Shown here: piece by piece, positions 46,217-61,105 of the stretch
Layout: each line of letters opens with the position of its first letter
How positions within the stretch are numbered: position 1 is the stretch's first letter
Assembly: GCA_012295275.1 (NCBI GenBank)
Contig: CM022669.1
Span: 9,920,001-9,984,000, forward strand
Length of the DNA: 64,000 bases
Direction: 5' to 3'
Origin: Chrysomallon squamiferum
Taxonomy: Eukaryota > Animalia > Mollusca
The notes under the pieces: generated by a model
Told to the model about the DNA's origin: nothing
What the model saw: the letters and a program-made list of their open reading frames with translations, nothing else
Databases searched by the model: none
Translations under genes and position numbers: made by a program

Positions 46217-49200
46217 ATGGTATGTTTTAAATATATTATGGTATACTTTTTCGTTTTTGTGAGCTCTTCTGATCATAGTTTGATAATGATTTTTTTTTTA
46301 TATAATTCAAAATTGCACTTGATTCTTTGTTTTTCTTTCTTGTATTTTTTATTTTTTTTTTGTTTCTGTTTGTGTGTGTGTTTTATTTATTTATTATTAT
46401 TATCATTTATTTTTTTGATTTGCATTATATTTTATGTTTTCTTTTTTCTCCTGATAATTTCTCACTGTAGCAACACTTGATAAGTCGTTTACAGTTTTCC
46501 TTGATGTACTTACATATTCCTTTTCAACCAGCTTTACAGTTTCTCCTGATATTAAATTTTTTTGTGTTTCAGCCTGAACTTTTACTTTTAATTGTTCTAA
46601 TTTTTATATTTTTATTTTTATTTTTTATTTTTTATTTTTTTTTTAATTCGATAATCAGCTTATTTTCTTGATAGTAACTGTGGCAAGATGATTAATTCCT
46701 ATTCACATTTGTGTCTGGGTTTGATAAAGTCTATAGATTTTCATTTCTTCCTCTGCAGACTGATTTTTGTCAGGGATACAAAATTTTCCAATAAGCAAAA
46801 AAGACAATTTCCTTTATGGACTTCTGCTTTTTGTTGGGTTTATGTCATAAACTGGTTTTAACTGGTGACTTGAGAGTATAATCAGTTTATTTCTGCATAA
46901 ATAAGTACAGCTAAATGCTACTGGATGTGCATTATCTACTGACCTGTGTCCATCCACTGAAGGCATCCAGTCTGTTAATAGTGTTTATCCACACAGTATG
47001 TTACTGTGTCAGATAGCTGATGTGAGTTAATGGAATATTACTTGTTTAATGGCATGTGTTACCAGTACTGATCAAATATACTTTTTAGTAGCATATTAAA
47101 GTATTAAAGAATTTTTACATTACTTTTTTCAGTTCTGTTGTTTTTTTCTAAAGTTAAAAGGTACTAGTTTTTAATCACTGTTTGGTTTTGAAGTAAAAGT
47201 AATAAAAAAGGACCTGTAACTGACATATGCAAATGTTCCTGAATTCAGTTAAAAAACACTGATAAGACTGAAAGCATATGTTTGTTTTCTAAACTTTATT
47301 TAACAGTAAATTAATTAGTATATTTGTTGATGTATTTTTATCCACATTTATATATAAAAAAATAACAACAATTTTACAAAATTTAATAAGTGTAATATCT
47401 AATCTTTATCTGTGTAACTTTTCATTTGTTTTTTTTTCTTTCTTTCCTTCTTCTTTTTCAACTTTTTAATTAATTTTTTTCTTTAAATGTTTTTTTCTTA
47501 TTAATATTAATCCAGTTTAAAAATAAATTAATATTTATTTTACTTTTATTCAGTGATTTTGTCTTTATATTTTTTTTAAATTTCATAAATTGAAATATTG
47601 TTATAAACTATTTTTCACATTTTTTTTTTTCTTCAGCTTAAAAAGTTGTTTAATAATTATCTGAGAAAGATATTATCATCTATGAAGTTTAATTTGATAC
47701 TGGAAAGAATCCAAGGAACCATTTTGATGTGTAGACATGTTTTGTCAATTTTGTTGTTAAGAAAACATGTTAGATTAGATCACACTATAATGAAAGCAGT
47801 ATTTCTAAATACTATATATGTTAATTATATATATAAATATATTGTTTGCTATATAGTCTGAATTAATTATAAACATTCAGTTTATTTTTAATTGTAGGTT
47901 ATTTGATAGTACAGATTATTTATTACTAATTTACATATTTTTTTTATTTGAAGAATAAAATTACTACTATTTAATTTATTGAAAATGATTTACTTTAAAT
48001 GTATTATTTTCACTTTTCTTTTTCAAAATAGATTAACATTATTCAGTAAAATCTACTTGTTGTTAAATATTATGAAGATGAAGTTTCACTCGTTGCATTT
48101 AAAATGTTTTGGTGCATTACAAAGTCTATTCTTAACATCAGTCTGTACTATTTGTACAAGTCTGTAAAAATGTAATAAATATACATCATTCTTCAAACCA
48201 CATGACTCACTTCAGTGTTTAAATATACAATTATTACATTTACAAAATAAATACAAACATAGATTCTACATGTATCAAAATATTAAAGTATCAGGTAATG
48301 TAATGTACTTCTTTATGTGTTTAGAATGGACATTTTTTCTTTATTTTATGTCATAATTAAAAATTCGGAGTTTTACAGTGTGACAAAACAGTAGCTGTTA
48401 CCAGTTTTTCACTACGCATAATATTATCACCTTAATAATGATATTTTTTCTTTCTTTCTATTTATAATTTCTTTTTTCAGTTTTTAATTTTTAATTTATT
48501 TATCAAACAAGTATCATTATTGTTCAAACAGTATCATTTTTAGTCAATGTTTTTGCAGTAGAGTTATGTACAGAACAATTAAAAATGATTTGTTTGAATC
48601 AATATATTACTGTTCATTTTATATAGAGATATCACAAATGATTTTGCTGTAGAGTTTACTAGGCTGTCAGAAAATTGGTGAGGGAAAAAGCAAAATGGAA
48701 CTGTTTACTTTATCAGAATTAATTTATGTTTTCAATTTTCCCTCCTTTTCCAGACATATTTCAGATGCATCCATCCAAAGATGTGAAAGTACTCCTAGCA
48801 CATGGTATGTTGGAATTCATAGTCACTATCAAAATACATTGACAGTAAACATAGACAAATTATTATACACGACACGATTTTTTTTTTTTCACTTTTAGTG
48901 ATCTTCTTTTAACTGATAAAATATTATTAAAACTGTAAATTAAAATGACTTACAAATGATGTTATGTATTATACAGCATTTACTGTTAAGATTTCATTAT
49001 TATTAACGAATTCAGAGCCTTAACAAATGCTGTTGCTTTCATATTTAATATCTGATGCTAGACAAACAAGTACATATCAGAAGTGGATTTTCTTTCAAAA
49101 ATGATGCATAACTATAGGAATGACATCCTGTGTGCATTTATATTGAAAACTTCTAAACATTTCTTCTTTTGTTGGCTACTTCTTCGTTGACATCATCATT

Positions 49201-49371
49201 GTTGTTATTTCTAGTTATTTTTGTTTTTTTTATCAGTATATAAATATATCTAATTTGTGTTTAGGTTATCCAGATAGTGGAGAAGGACAAATATGTACAA
49301 AGACAGTGGAGAAGTCTGGATATTGTCATGTCATCAGAAAACATTTTCACCAAACTACTGTGAACCTGCCA
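46217..49371 (+). pseudogene. Possible fragment of an unidentified spliced plus-strand gene (candidate exons 48754-48804 and 49265-49371)
   Basis: Consensus splice sites, phase-compatible join (IFQMHPSKDVKVLLAH-G-YPDSGEGQICTKTVEKSGYCHVIRKHFHQTTVNLP), and strong local CpG depletion. Confidence 0.4.
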
Positions 49372-49924
49372 GTAAGTTCAGTAATATTACATTAGTACTT
49401 CAGTCAAACTTCACCAAACTCTGTCAGTAAGTTCAACAACTGAGTTTTGTTTTTAATTTTAATTTTATTATTTTTTATTTTATTTTTTTATTTTATGTTT
49501 TTGTTTTGTTGTTAATTTTGAACTTTTTAATATACATTTAGCAACATTTCATGAGTCAGTCAATAATGGAATTAAAAGATAAATATATAAATGTATGTTG
49601 ATTGAAATGTTTTAATAAATAACAATAAAATCATTTACATTGTCAGATACAAAAATATAATCATACATAATGAAATTACTAGGAAAGTAAACTTATTTAA
49701 TTATTTAATGAGGATACATAATCGTATCCTATTTCGCTCTCTCTGTCTTTCTCTCTCTCTGTAAATAATAACTGTAGTATTGTAAACTAAAAATGCTGGA
49801 ATATAAGAAAAGGTTTTAAGATAGTCTAAAAGGTTCTTAGTTTTACAGTATGATAAAAATACTTGTCCAACCACAAAAATAACATGATTTCCATAAAAAA
49901 AAAAAAAAATTCTTTTTTTTTTTA

Positions 49925-49978
<54 letters not shown>

Positions 49979-50208
49979 TTGTGACCATAGGATGGAACAA
50001 AAGTAATGACAGTGACAATAGTAATAATACTTTTTATTATAATGATGATGATGATAAAATATACACATAAAAAAGATCAGTAGAGACTTGAGTGAATTAA
50101 TTTATTAAGAATATTAACACAGTGAAAAACATTTAATTAAATATTACGATTACGGTCATAAGTGTCATATGTTTACAATAAACAGCAATCACATACATAC
50201 AGGGGGGG

Positions 50209-50269
<61 letters not shown>

Positions 50270-50634
50270 TAGAATCAGTATTAACAAAAAATAATTATTT
50301 TTCAGCAACAAATAATTTTCATTCCTACTGGAGTTATGTCCCTTATTCTAAGACGACATTTTCTCACGTTATATAATTTTTATTTTTCACGCTTTTCTTA
50401 TTGTTGTTGTTGATTAGGTGTCAGTGGGTTTAAATATCCCTCTCAGTCACTACTCTCGGCTGATAATTTTCAAATTACAATAGCCAGCTTAGATATCTTA
50501 GATTTACAGAAAATGTCAACTCTTGCATTGCGGATTCTGAAGCTTAAGATGCATTAGTTTCGTTATAGATTCACCCCTACACGTAGAATAAATCCAAAAT
50601 TTTCGTATTTAGTTGGATTACGAAATAATCCTAT

Positions 50635-51728
50635 TTAAACGTAGCACAAAGCTGGGTTCTTCACTCTGTTCCAGATCTCGTACATCGTTTTACCAAAAAT
50701 CTGCTGTGAGACTATCACGCTGCCTGTTACAAGTTCGCACGGTGTCGCAGCCTTGAACAAAAAATATTCCTTATTGATTTTGAGACCGAAATGCCTGATA
50801 TTAAATATTTTCGCTAGAATACCCGTTATTTCTACGTCCTCCATGTTCACGTACGGCATGTACTCCGACACCGATAAAATCTTCATGGCAACATCAAAAG
50901 GCATGAAGTAACAATTGCCCTTGACGTGCGGAGGGTATTTTGGAGCCGGATAAGCCTGTTCTGAAACTTTATATTTTCCTTTTCGACTGACCTTGTCCGA
51001 GAGAAACATCGGTCCAAATATTTTGTTTTCCCATTTGTTGTTTCGTATCAAGGTGACGAAGTCTGGAATCTTTACGTACGTGTCTTCATCTACTTTCATG
51101 ATGTATTTCGCGTTAGAGCAAAATTGACTGACCCACTTAAAAGCCATAAGAACTTTGAGTGTCAAGTTGAAGTAACTGTCGTCAAATTCCGCTATTACGA
51201 TGTCCTTCTTTATCTTGGCTTCGCTGGCAACAGCAGAATTGAGAGTAGTGTTTTCGTTGATTCCTAAAATAAAGAATAATCTGACGGGTAACGCCTGACT
51301 GGAATTCGGCCATTTCATTCCCCAAGAGACACTACCCCATGTATCCCGAATAGCCTGCCTTTGTGACGTCATATGATGCAATGACATCACCATGACAACC
51401 AGAAGAGTATCAGGCATGCACTTTGTTGGTGGTATTTTGAAAAAGTTGTAATTCAGAGGAAAAGTCTTTGTGATGTTCGGTCTGAAATACCACTGATATC
51501 TCACTAAAACAGGATCTCCGTAAAAATTTTTGTTCGGTAAATGATAAATATTTGTTTTTCTTCCAATGATGATGTTGTTTTGATATGTTTTTGACTGCAA
51601 ATCTGCATAAAATCAGAGAGTTTTGAAGGTTTCTTTCTCTTGGTGACGTATAATCCGAAAGTCAAAAAGATCAATGAGAATAACATTAACAACAGGACGA
51701 ACTGCTTTCGTGACAACCTGCGTTTCAT
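50635..51728 (-). pseudogene. GT31 copy B: TM anchor and catalytic domain in different frames (pseudogene, or an intact gene with an assembly indel)
   Basis: ATG at 51728 follows a ttcag acceptor and reads MKRRLSRKQFVLLLMLFSLIF..., stopping at 51504. The catalytic frame 50635..51600 is open with all motifs. The span is 1094 nt, not a multiple of 3; the shift lies near 51525-51560. Confidence 0.8.
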
Positions 51729-52761
51729 CTGAAATAAGTACAAGTAAACATAATTATCAGTTAAAATGAAAATGTATGTGTGTGTGTGTGTGTGTGTGAG
51801 TGTGTGTGTCAATTTTTATTCATATGTAAGTATGTGTTTGTGTATGTTTATATTTATCTATCAGGATTCACGCTAGTCGACGACGAGGGCAAAATATTTG
51901 CCCTATTTTACTCAGTTTCATTGAACTTTCAATCCAAGGCGACGTTTTATGAGTTAACTGATAAAATCTTTTTGAGATTGTGCATAGTCCTTCAGAAGCG
52001 GATGTTTGTCACCTGCTGAAGGAGGTCACGTTATCATCTGCACAATTGCACTTTTTTGTTGTTGGAATAAACGCAATGATTTTAAATTTGTTTACGAATT
52101 AATTTGACTGAAATGGGCATGATAAATGTCTACACACAATTGTATGGGCAGTGCAGGTTACAGATGACAAGACTACGGAAACACGGATCCCAAACATTTG
52201 CTGCAAGTAATTGTGAATAAATATGAGAATGCAGCGTTTGTTTAATATAATTTTGCCACTAATGGCACAAAACCATTTCTTTCTGACAAATTCTCACTTC
52301 TCACTAAGGTTTCTGATTTCTCTAGAAGCACAGCACACTTTTCTCTATTTTTTAATCAAGTTTGAACCCTGATTTATGTAGCATGTACCAAATAATAATG
52401 ATGTCATTTGACACTGAAGGTTGCAATCAGAGTTTAATAGTGGTTAACTTACTAACATATTAACTTTCGTCTTCTTTAGAAAACGTTATCACAGATTCTG
52501 TACTTAACTAAGGCAGAACTCAATATGAAAATATTACATAACTATTTACGAATAAAATAAATAAACAATGCTTTAGAAATAAAGTATATATATATATTAA
52601 TACATCTGGATAACAATGCAGATTATGTGGTTGTTTATTTCATGTGAATATATATCTAGAAGTATCAGTCTGTTTCTCTCTAAAAATATATGTGTGTGTG
52701 TATGTTTATACATGCTTTACATGTGTAAATTTATGTTTAATAAACTGAAAAATATTAAGAC

Positions 52762-52868
<107 letters not shown>

Positions 52869-53437
52869 TTTTCGATTCGTTAATTTTATGGTGCAGTAAT
52901 CGCACTTCAGAATTGCGTACAGATTATTTTTCTTAACATAACAATTGGGTTTTGTTTTTTTTTTTTAACGTTATATTCAAAGGGCGAATTTTAGTAACAG
53001 AAGATCTATTAATCTATATTTCTGTCTGTCTGCCTCTATCTCTCTCTCTCTCTAAATAAGAATTAGTTTTATTAGTAACCAGTTACTTCCTTTATTCTGT
53101 ATTCTTTAAGTTACCAAAAAATGAATTTCTCAGCTCACCGATCTTGACAGTAGCAGATTCATGTGGTTTAATTTCACTGTCACAGTACAATGTCATAACA
53201 ACAATTTATTTGCATTTTTTAAAATCGTCTTTTAAGATCTTGGATATATTGCATCAGTTTTGAGCATTATGAATTTAAAATAAGAAATTTAAGTTAAAAT
53301 TCATTAATAAAGTAAGCTTAGTACAGAAACATGATTTTCACACTAATCAGATAAATTTAATTTAAAACACTGATTACACACTTATCAGTCTGAAGTGATA
53401 CAAAAAAAAATGTTTTCTTACTAACAGCTAACCCGTA

Positions 53438-54076
<639 letters not shown>

Positions 54077-55139
54077 TAACTCTTTAAATTATTCTTTCTA
54101 CAACAATTTCAAAAACTATGAAGACTGTAATCAGTTTCATTAATAAATTAAACTAAAAACTAATTACACTAAAAAAGTAAACATTAATATTCAAACACTG
54201 ATTACATGCTGATTAAATTAACGTCATATTAAAAAGTTATTTACAAACTAACATTAAAATAAAATTTGAATTGTGATAAACTAATTAAAATATTGAAGGA
54301 TATTCTTACTTTTCAATATACATTTTTCTTCTGTGTATATATATATATATATGACGATAATATATATACATATATACACACAGATGGGTGTGTATATACG
54401 TATACGTGTATGTGTGTTATTTGTAATTTTCACACTAATAAGTTAAACTTAATATTAAAACTCTGATTACACGTTGATCAATCTAACGTTATATTAAAAA
54501 GTTATTTACAAACTAAGAACTAACCCTTTATCAAGAAACTTTGAAAAGTGATATATATATATATATATATCAGAAACAAAAATTTAGTTTTTAAATGTCA
54601 TTTTCAATCCCTACCTTTAGCGGTAAGCCAATGTCGAGCTGCAACCCTGTTCTTTAGTATTTATTATTGAATTTTGCAATGGCTGTCGAATATTATCTTC
54701 CTTGTTTATCTAGTATTAAGCAAGAACACCGTCAGATAACCTATCCCTAGGTGCTTAATGTCTTTGTACCCTACTACGAAAATATCATTATACTCGGCAA
54801 CAAAAGAAAATGCTCTGCTGTTAACTAGATAGCTATATTATACGGATAGTGTTGTTAATCTCTTTCATCTTTCCGTTTCCATCATTACCACTTTACTGGA
54901 ATAGTCTTATTTATTAAATATAAATTATTCATTGGTTAGATAGATGTTGATATTTATTTATTTACTAAATTTACAAAGCTAATTTTGAAGCTTTCTACAT
55001 TTAAGTTAACCACTATTACCTGACCTGATTTCAATGTTTGCAGAATAATGTAACTTGAATATAATTTACACACAGCTTTCATGAGAAATGTGTTTACTAG
55101 TCAAAACAATCGACGGCAAAGTTAGAATAGTATGTTCTT

Positions 55140-56480
55140 TAATTCTGATAAATTAATTTTAAAAATCATGTTACAGTACAAAATAATAATTAAAAACAAT
55201 AAAATAATAAAATTGAAATAATGTTTTCTTTGTTTGTTTTGTTCATACACACAGAGGTTCGTACATTCATATATACAAACATACGTACATACAGTTGCAC
55301 ATGCATATATATATATATATATCTACACGAACTCTATTTCTGATATATATATATCAGAAATAGAGTTCGTGTAGATATGTATATATGTGTAATATGTACG
55401 GATGTATGTATGTATGTGTGTACATATAATTATAAATATATACATATCTACCCACATAGAAACACTCACATACACGCATAGGTACATACGTATACAATCA
55501 CATATATGCATACATACACACGTACATACATACATACCTATACAGGCATACGTACGTACATGTATTGCATGCATATATGTAATTCTGTAACTTTAGTTTT
55601 AAAAATTATGTAACAGATCAAAAAATGTTAAAGAAGGACGACTTCCGAAATAATAAAATAAAAATAAATATTTATTTGCGTATCAATTCATTCTATCACT
55701 TATTTATTTATTATTTAGTTATAAATTTATTTTATTACTTATGTAACGATATATTTTATTTGTTCATTCATTCTATCACTTGTGTCTGTGTGTGTATGTC
55801 TATATGCATCTATGTATGTTTGTATATATATATATAGATATATATATATATAATATATATGTATGTATGTATGTATGTATGTTGGTATGTATTTCTGACA
55901 GACACACATGAATAGATGGATGGATAGAGAGACAGACAGACAAAGAGACAGGCAGGCATAATATTAGCCAGGCAGACAGCTAGTCACGGAGATAGATATA
56001 TGATATAATATTATTTACTCTAATTCTGATAAATTAATTTTTGAAATGATGTGACAGAACAACATGAAATAAAATAAAAATAGCGTATACTTTATTATTT
56101 TATTCAATCACACAGACGTCGGAGATACATACATACAAATGTGTATAAATGCATCCATACATACGTATGTGCATACATATATATATATATATACACAGTT
56201 ATATACATGCATAGGTACATACGTATACAAGCACAAACATACATATTCATACACACGTACTTACATATACAGGCAAAAGTACATACATGCATCGATTCAT
56301 ACATACATATGTATTTGTATGTACAGTCACATATATACATACATACATGTAATTCTGTGAAAATAGTTTTGAAAATTATGTAAAAGTAGAAAATGATAAA
56401 GAAATTTAATTCAGAAATAGTATAATAAAAATAAATAATTATTTACTTACCAATTCATTCTATCATTTATTTATTTAATA
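55140..56480 (+). repeat. Older direct duplication (about 55140-55750 versus about 56020-56480)
   Basis: Shared anchors ttctgataaattaatttt, gcataggtacatacgtatacaa, atgtaattctgt...aaaattatgtaa, tcattctatca. Confidence 0.75.
55319..55378. repeat. Perfect 60-bp palindrome
   Basis: atatctacacgaactctatttctgatatat|atatatcagaaatagagttcgtgtagatat is its own reverse complement. Confidence 0.95.
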
Positions 56481-56849
56481 TTTATTTGTTAATTCATTCT
56501 ATCGCATATTTAAATATTTATTTATTTATTAATTCATTCTATCACATATTTAAATATTTATTTATTTATTAATTCATTCTATCACTTATTCAAATATTTA
56601 TTTATTCATTCATTCATTGATCACTTATTCATTAACTATTTATATATTCATTCATTCACAATTCTTAATTATTTATTCATTCATTCATTCATTCATTGAC
56701 AGATTTATTTATTTACTTGTATGTTTGTTTGCTAATAACGGATATAAAATTTGTTTATGGTACCAAGTCGCTGCAATATCTGTACTTTTTCCTCTGTAAA
56801 TATCTGCTAGAATTTTGGTTGTTTATTTTGTACATTCCATACAAGTAAA

Positions 56850-56916
<67 letters not shown>

Positions 56917-58040
56917 GGGAACCAAGAGTATTAGCAATTTATACACACCAATTTTTTATCATAAAATGTACATCTGATCTTTCTGATAATAAACACATCA
57001 CCAATGTACATGATGTATGTACTATACACGTCTAAAATGTGGTATGACAACGTCCACGTGATTTTGATCGACATCTACAAATTTGTCATTTTATATTTAC
57101 CTTCAATTTTTAATTTATACTTTTTTCTGTGTTAGCGATATAAACATCAGATTGTTATTGTTAAAACAAAATGAAGATAATGAAAATAAATAAAATTCTC
57201 TTGTTTCGCTTTCTAACAATTAACTGCTTTTGAAAAATCATTAACCAAATAGAAACATCTGAATTTAAAAAGGACAAAAATAATGAATTTATAATAACAA
57301 CTCTTTCTTCATTATGCGGAGAGACGTGGCCGCTGTGTGTCAAACAAGTGAGGGATACAATTCCACGTACTGGGACCGTCCTCTGATAAAAGCTGCATGA
57401 CGGGGATTGTCCGCTACCACTCAAACTCACACGTAACTGTCGATGCGAGTGCAGTTTTGATCGCAGTCAGTTTCTCACTGCGTAGATCATCCGCGTTTTT
57501 TTTTTTTTCTTTTTTCAGTCTTCCAGTGTGACGGTCTGTTAAGTTATGGGTTTGTGAACGACCATGATATTTGTGTTTGTTTATGTGTGTGTTGAGACAA
57601 AGAGTGCATGCGTATTAGCGTGTGTTTATAAATGGCACCCATTCGCCCGCACTCAGTGTTTGGGTGTATGTATGTATGTTTGTATGTACGTAAGTATGTT
57701 AGTGTGTGTATGTGTGTGTGTTTGTGTTTGCATGCATATATGAATGTATCTCTCCTCTCTATGCCTGGATGCATGTATGTATGTATGTTTATACGTTTGA
57801 CTGCACGTATGTATGATCTTATGTACGTATATATAAATAATAATAAAATAATAATAATAATAATAATAATTGAAAAAGTCAGAGAAGTACGGAGTTGAAT
57901 GAATGAATGAATGAATTAACAGTATTAACAAACTACAATATAGTTAAGCATATATTACGATTAGGGTCATATTTACACTTTTATACAGATTGTAGCAGCA
58001 ATGTATTTTTAAGGTTTATCATAAACAGCAACACACACAT

Positions 58041-58159
<119 letters not shown>

Positions 58160-58480
58160 GTATTATATATATGTTTCTGAATATTTTATAATATAGTGAG
58201 ATAGTGATACAGAGCAATACAGATCTTACAATCAGTATTAATAAAAACTATGTTATTGTACAGCTAAAGATTATCTCCATTCCTGCTGGAGTTGTGTCCC
58301 TTATTCTAACAGGATTTTTTGTTCTTTTTCCAGTTTTTCTTTTTGTTGTTGTTTTCACTAGGTGTGAGTGGATTTAAATATTCCTCTTAATCAGTATTTC
58401 ACGAGTTTATGACACGACAAAAACACTCGCGTGAATTTCAAATCCTAAATGTTCGTATTTAGTTGGTTTACGAAATATTC

Positions 58481-59395
58481 CTATTTAAGCTCATAGCAAA
58501 AAGCTGGGTTTTTCATTCTTTCCCAGATCTCGTACAAAAATCTGCTGTGAGACTATTACGCTGCCTGTTACAAGTTCGCACGACGTCGTATACGAGAACA
58601 GAAAATACTCTTTATCGATCTCCAGACCGACATGCCTGATATTAAATATTTTCGCTAGAATACCCGTTATTTCTACGTCCTTCATGTTCACGTACGGCAT
58701 GTGCTCCGACACCGCTATAATTTTCATGGCAATGTCGAAAGGCATGAAGTAATAATTGCCCTTGACATGCGGAGGGTATATTGGAGCGGGATAATCCTGT
58801 TCTGAAACTTCACATCTTCCTACTCTGATTACGTCGTCCGAGAGAAACTTCGGTCCAAATATTTTGTTTTCCCATTCGTTGTTTCGTATCAAGGTGACGA
58901 AGTCTGGAATCTTTACGTACGTGTCTTCATCCACTTTCATGATGTATTTCGGGTTCGAGCAAAATTGCTTGACCCACTTAAAAGCCATAAGAACTTTGAG
59001 TGTCAGGTTGCAGTAGGTCTCGTCAAATTCCGCTATTACGATGTCTTTCTCTCTGTCGGCTTCGCTGGCAACAGCAGAATTGAGAGTAGTGTTTTCGTTC
59101 ATTCCTAAAATAAAGAATACTCTGACGGAAAACTCCTGACTGGAAAATCGGTTAGCGAGAAGGCTTCCGGAACGGGTAAAGCAGATATATTTATTATTTG
59201 TTTTTCTTCCAGGAATGAGGAGGGAGTGGTGTTGTTGTTGCTCTGATATGTTACTGACTTCAGCGGCGTCGGCCGAAAATAAGAAAGTTTTGACGGTTTC
59301 TTTTTCTTGGTTTTGTATAGTTCGAAAGTCAAAAAGATCAATGAGAATAACATTAACAACAGAACTAACTGCTTTCGTGACAGCCTGCGTCTCAT
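58481..59395 (-). pseudogene. GT31 copy C (recent duplicate of A, disabled)
   Basis: Near-identical to A except for a deletion of about 217 bp at about 59145 (frameshift; removes RQAIRDTWG), an EDV-to-KDV change, and an 11-bp deletion near 58535. Confidence 0.92.
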
Positions 59396-59856
59396 CTGAA
59401 ATAAATGCAAGTGAATTTAACAATGAGTTAAAGTGATATTTATTCTGTGTCTGTATGCCTAGATCATTATTTGTGTCGAAATATATATCTGTTTGTTTAT
59501 GTATGTATGTTTTAGGGTTCACGCAAAGGGGCACGTGGAAGAAATATCCGCCACATTTTACTAAACCTCAGTTTTCTTAATCCAAGGTGAAGTTCTAAGT
59601 TGTCTTCATTGGTTTCAGTTACCAAAAAGCCTGTGTAAGGATCATTAATACGATTCTTTGTTTTCTCTGCGAAACTGACAAATACAAATCTTTTTTCAGT
59701 ACGACCGAGTATCATTTCTTCTCCACAAGACTTCAGTTCTATACAAAATGTCACTCTTCCGTAGTTTTTACGTCTAGTTTGAACCCTGATGTATGTTGTA
59801 TGTACCTCATATAAGCAGCATGCGTGTGTATGTTTGTGTGTGTGTGAGAGAGAGAG

Positions 59857-59900
<44 letters not shown>

Positions 59901-60225
59901 AGTTATATCAATTTACGTAAAAGTAGAGAATAAACAAAAACTTTACTTCTGGAATAATATAAGAAAAATAAATATTTATGTATTTTTCTCTTAGTTATGC
60001 ACTCTATCGCTTATTTAACTATTTATTTATTGATTAATTCATTCACTCTCTTACTTATTTATTTATTATTTCTATCAGTTATTAATTTATTTATTTATTT
60101 ATTAATCATTCATTCACTTATTTATCAATTCGTTTATTCATTCATTTATTCTATCACTTTTTATTTATTTATTTATTTACTTACTTACTTAGTTACTTTG
60201 TTTATCTGTACAGTCTACTCTACTT

Positions 60226-60903
60226 ATTCCGAATAGCCTGCCTTTGTGACGCCACATAATGCAATGACATCACTATGATAACTAGAAGAGTATAACGCTT
60301 GCACTTTGTTAGTGGTATTTTCAGTTACTTCTAATTCACAGCGAAAATGTGATTTTGTTGGGTTTAAAATATTGATATTTCAATAAAACAGGATCTCCGG
60401 ACCGGTAAAGCAGATATATTTATTATTTGTTTTTCTTCCAGGAATGACGGGAGAGGTCAACCGAAAAGGAAAATTTAAAGTTTCAGAACAGGCTTATCCT
60501 GCTCCAAAATACCCTCCGCACGTCAAGGGAAATTGTTACTTCATGCCTTTCGACGTTGCCATGAAGATTTTAGCGGTGTCGGAGCACATGCCGTACGTGA
60601 ACATGGAGGACGTAGAAATAACGGGTATTCTAGCGAAAATAATTAATGTCAGGCATGTCGGTCTGAAGACCGATAAGGAATATTTTTTGTTCATGGCTGC
60701 GACACCGTGCGAACTTGTAACAGGCAGCGTAATAGTCTCACAGCAGATTTTTGGTAAAACGATGTACGCGATAAGTTTAAATAGGGATATTTCGTAACCC
60801 AGCTAAATTGGAAAATGTAGGAATTCAACCTCAGGCGAGTGTTTTTGTCACATCATAAACTTGTGAAATACTGATTAACAGGGATATTTAAACCCACTCA
60901 CCC
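60226..60903. pseudogene. GT31 fragment D: minus-strand stem fragment (about 60226-60452) joined to an inverted plus-strand 3' half (about 60453-60903)
   Basis: The left part matches fragment E. The right part is track ORF 60444..60797 (B-type RKGKFKVSEQAYP...EDVEITG), followed by sequence matching the GT31 3' flank. Confidence 0.88.
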
Positions 60904-60916
60904 CTAAATATAAATA

Positions 60917-61105
60917 CAGTGGTATCTTGACTTACGAGTGTACCAAGCTACAATTTGATTTTGTACTTTGAGTAGCGACCCAAAATACGAATTACGACCT
61001 AGTTGGCGCAGCGAACAATACAGCATCCGCCCAGTATCCCGCGTCTCACTTTTTTGCTTCATGTGGTTATTGCGCCGTGGAAGCATCTCAGTTGTGTTTT
61101 TTCCT
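60917..61105. mobile_element. Truncated pogo/Tigger-like DNA transposon end
   Basis: TA|CAGTGGTATCTTGACTTACGAG resembles pogo/Tigger TIRs. The roughly 190-bp segment has no counterpart in the paralogous flanks. No second TIR is visible. Confidence 0.5.

Larger units (their letters stand above)
40355..50375 (+). repeat. Segmental duplication, unit 1 (portion matched within this window)
   Basis: Collinear anchors: 40731/57274, 43207/59395, 44590/61110, 46200/62700, 49175/62778, 50330/63955. Confidence 0.92.

Noticed and set aside
51520-51545. Programmed -1 frameshift rescuing copy B at ACA AAA ATT TTT ACG
   Set aside because: No canonical X XXY YYZ heptamer in the zero frame and no evident downstream structure; an indel is the simpler explanation.
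58491-59534. 347-aa ORF as an intact GT31 gene with a novel N terminus
   Set aside because: The N-terminal part is intron plus out-of-frame sequence brought into frame by the 217-bp deletion. It has no TM anchor, lacks RQAIRDTWG and has KDV in place of EDV.
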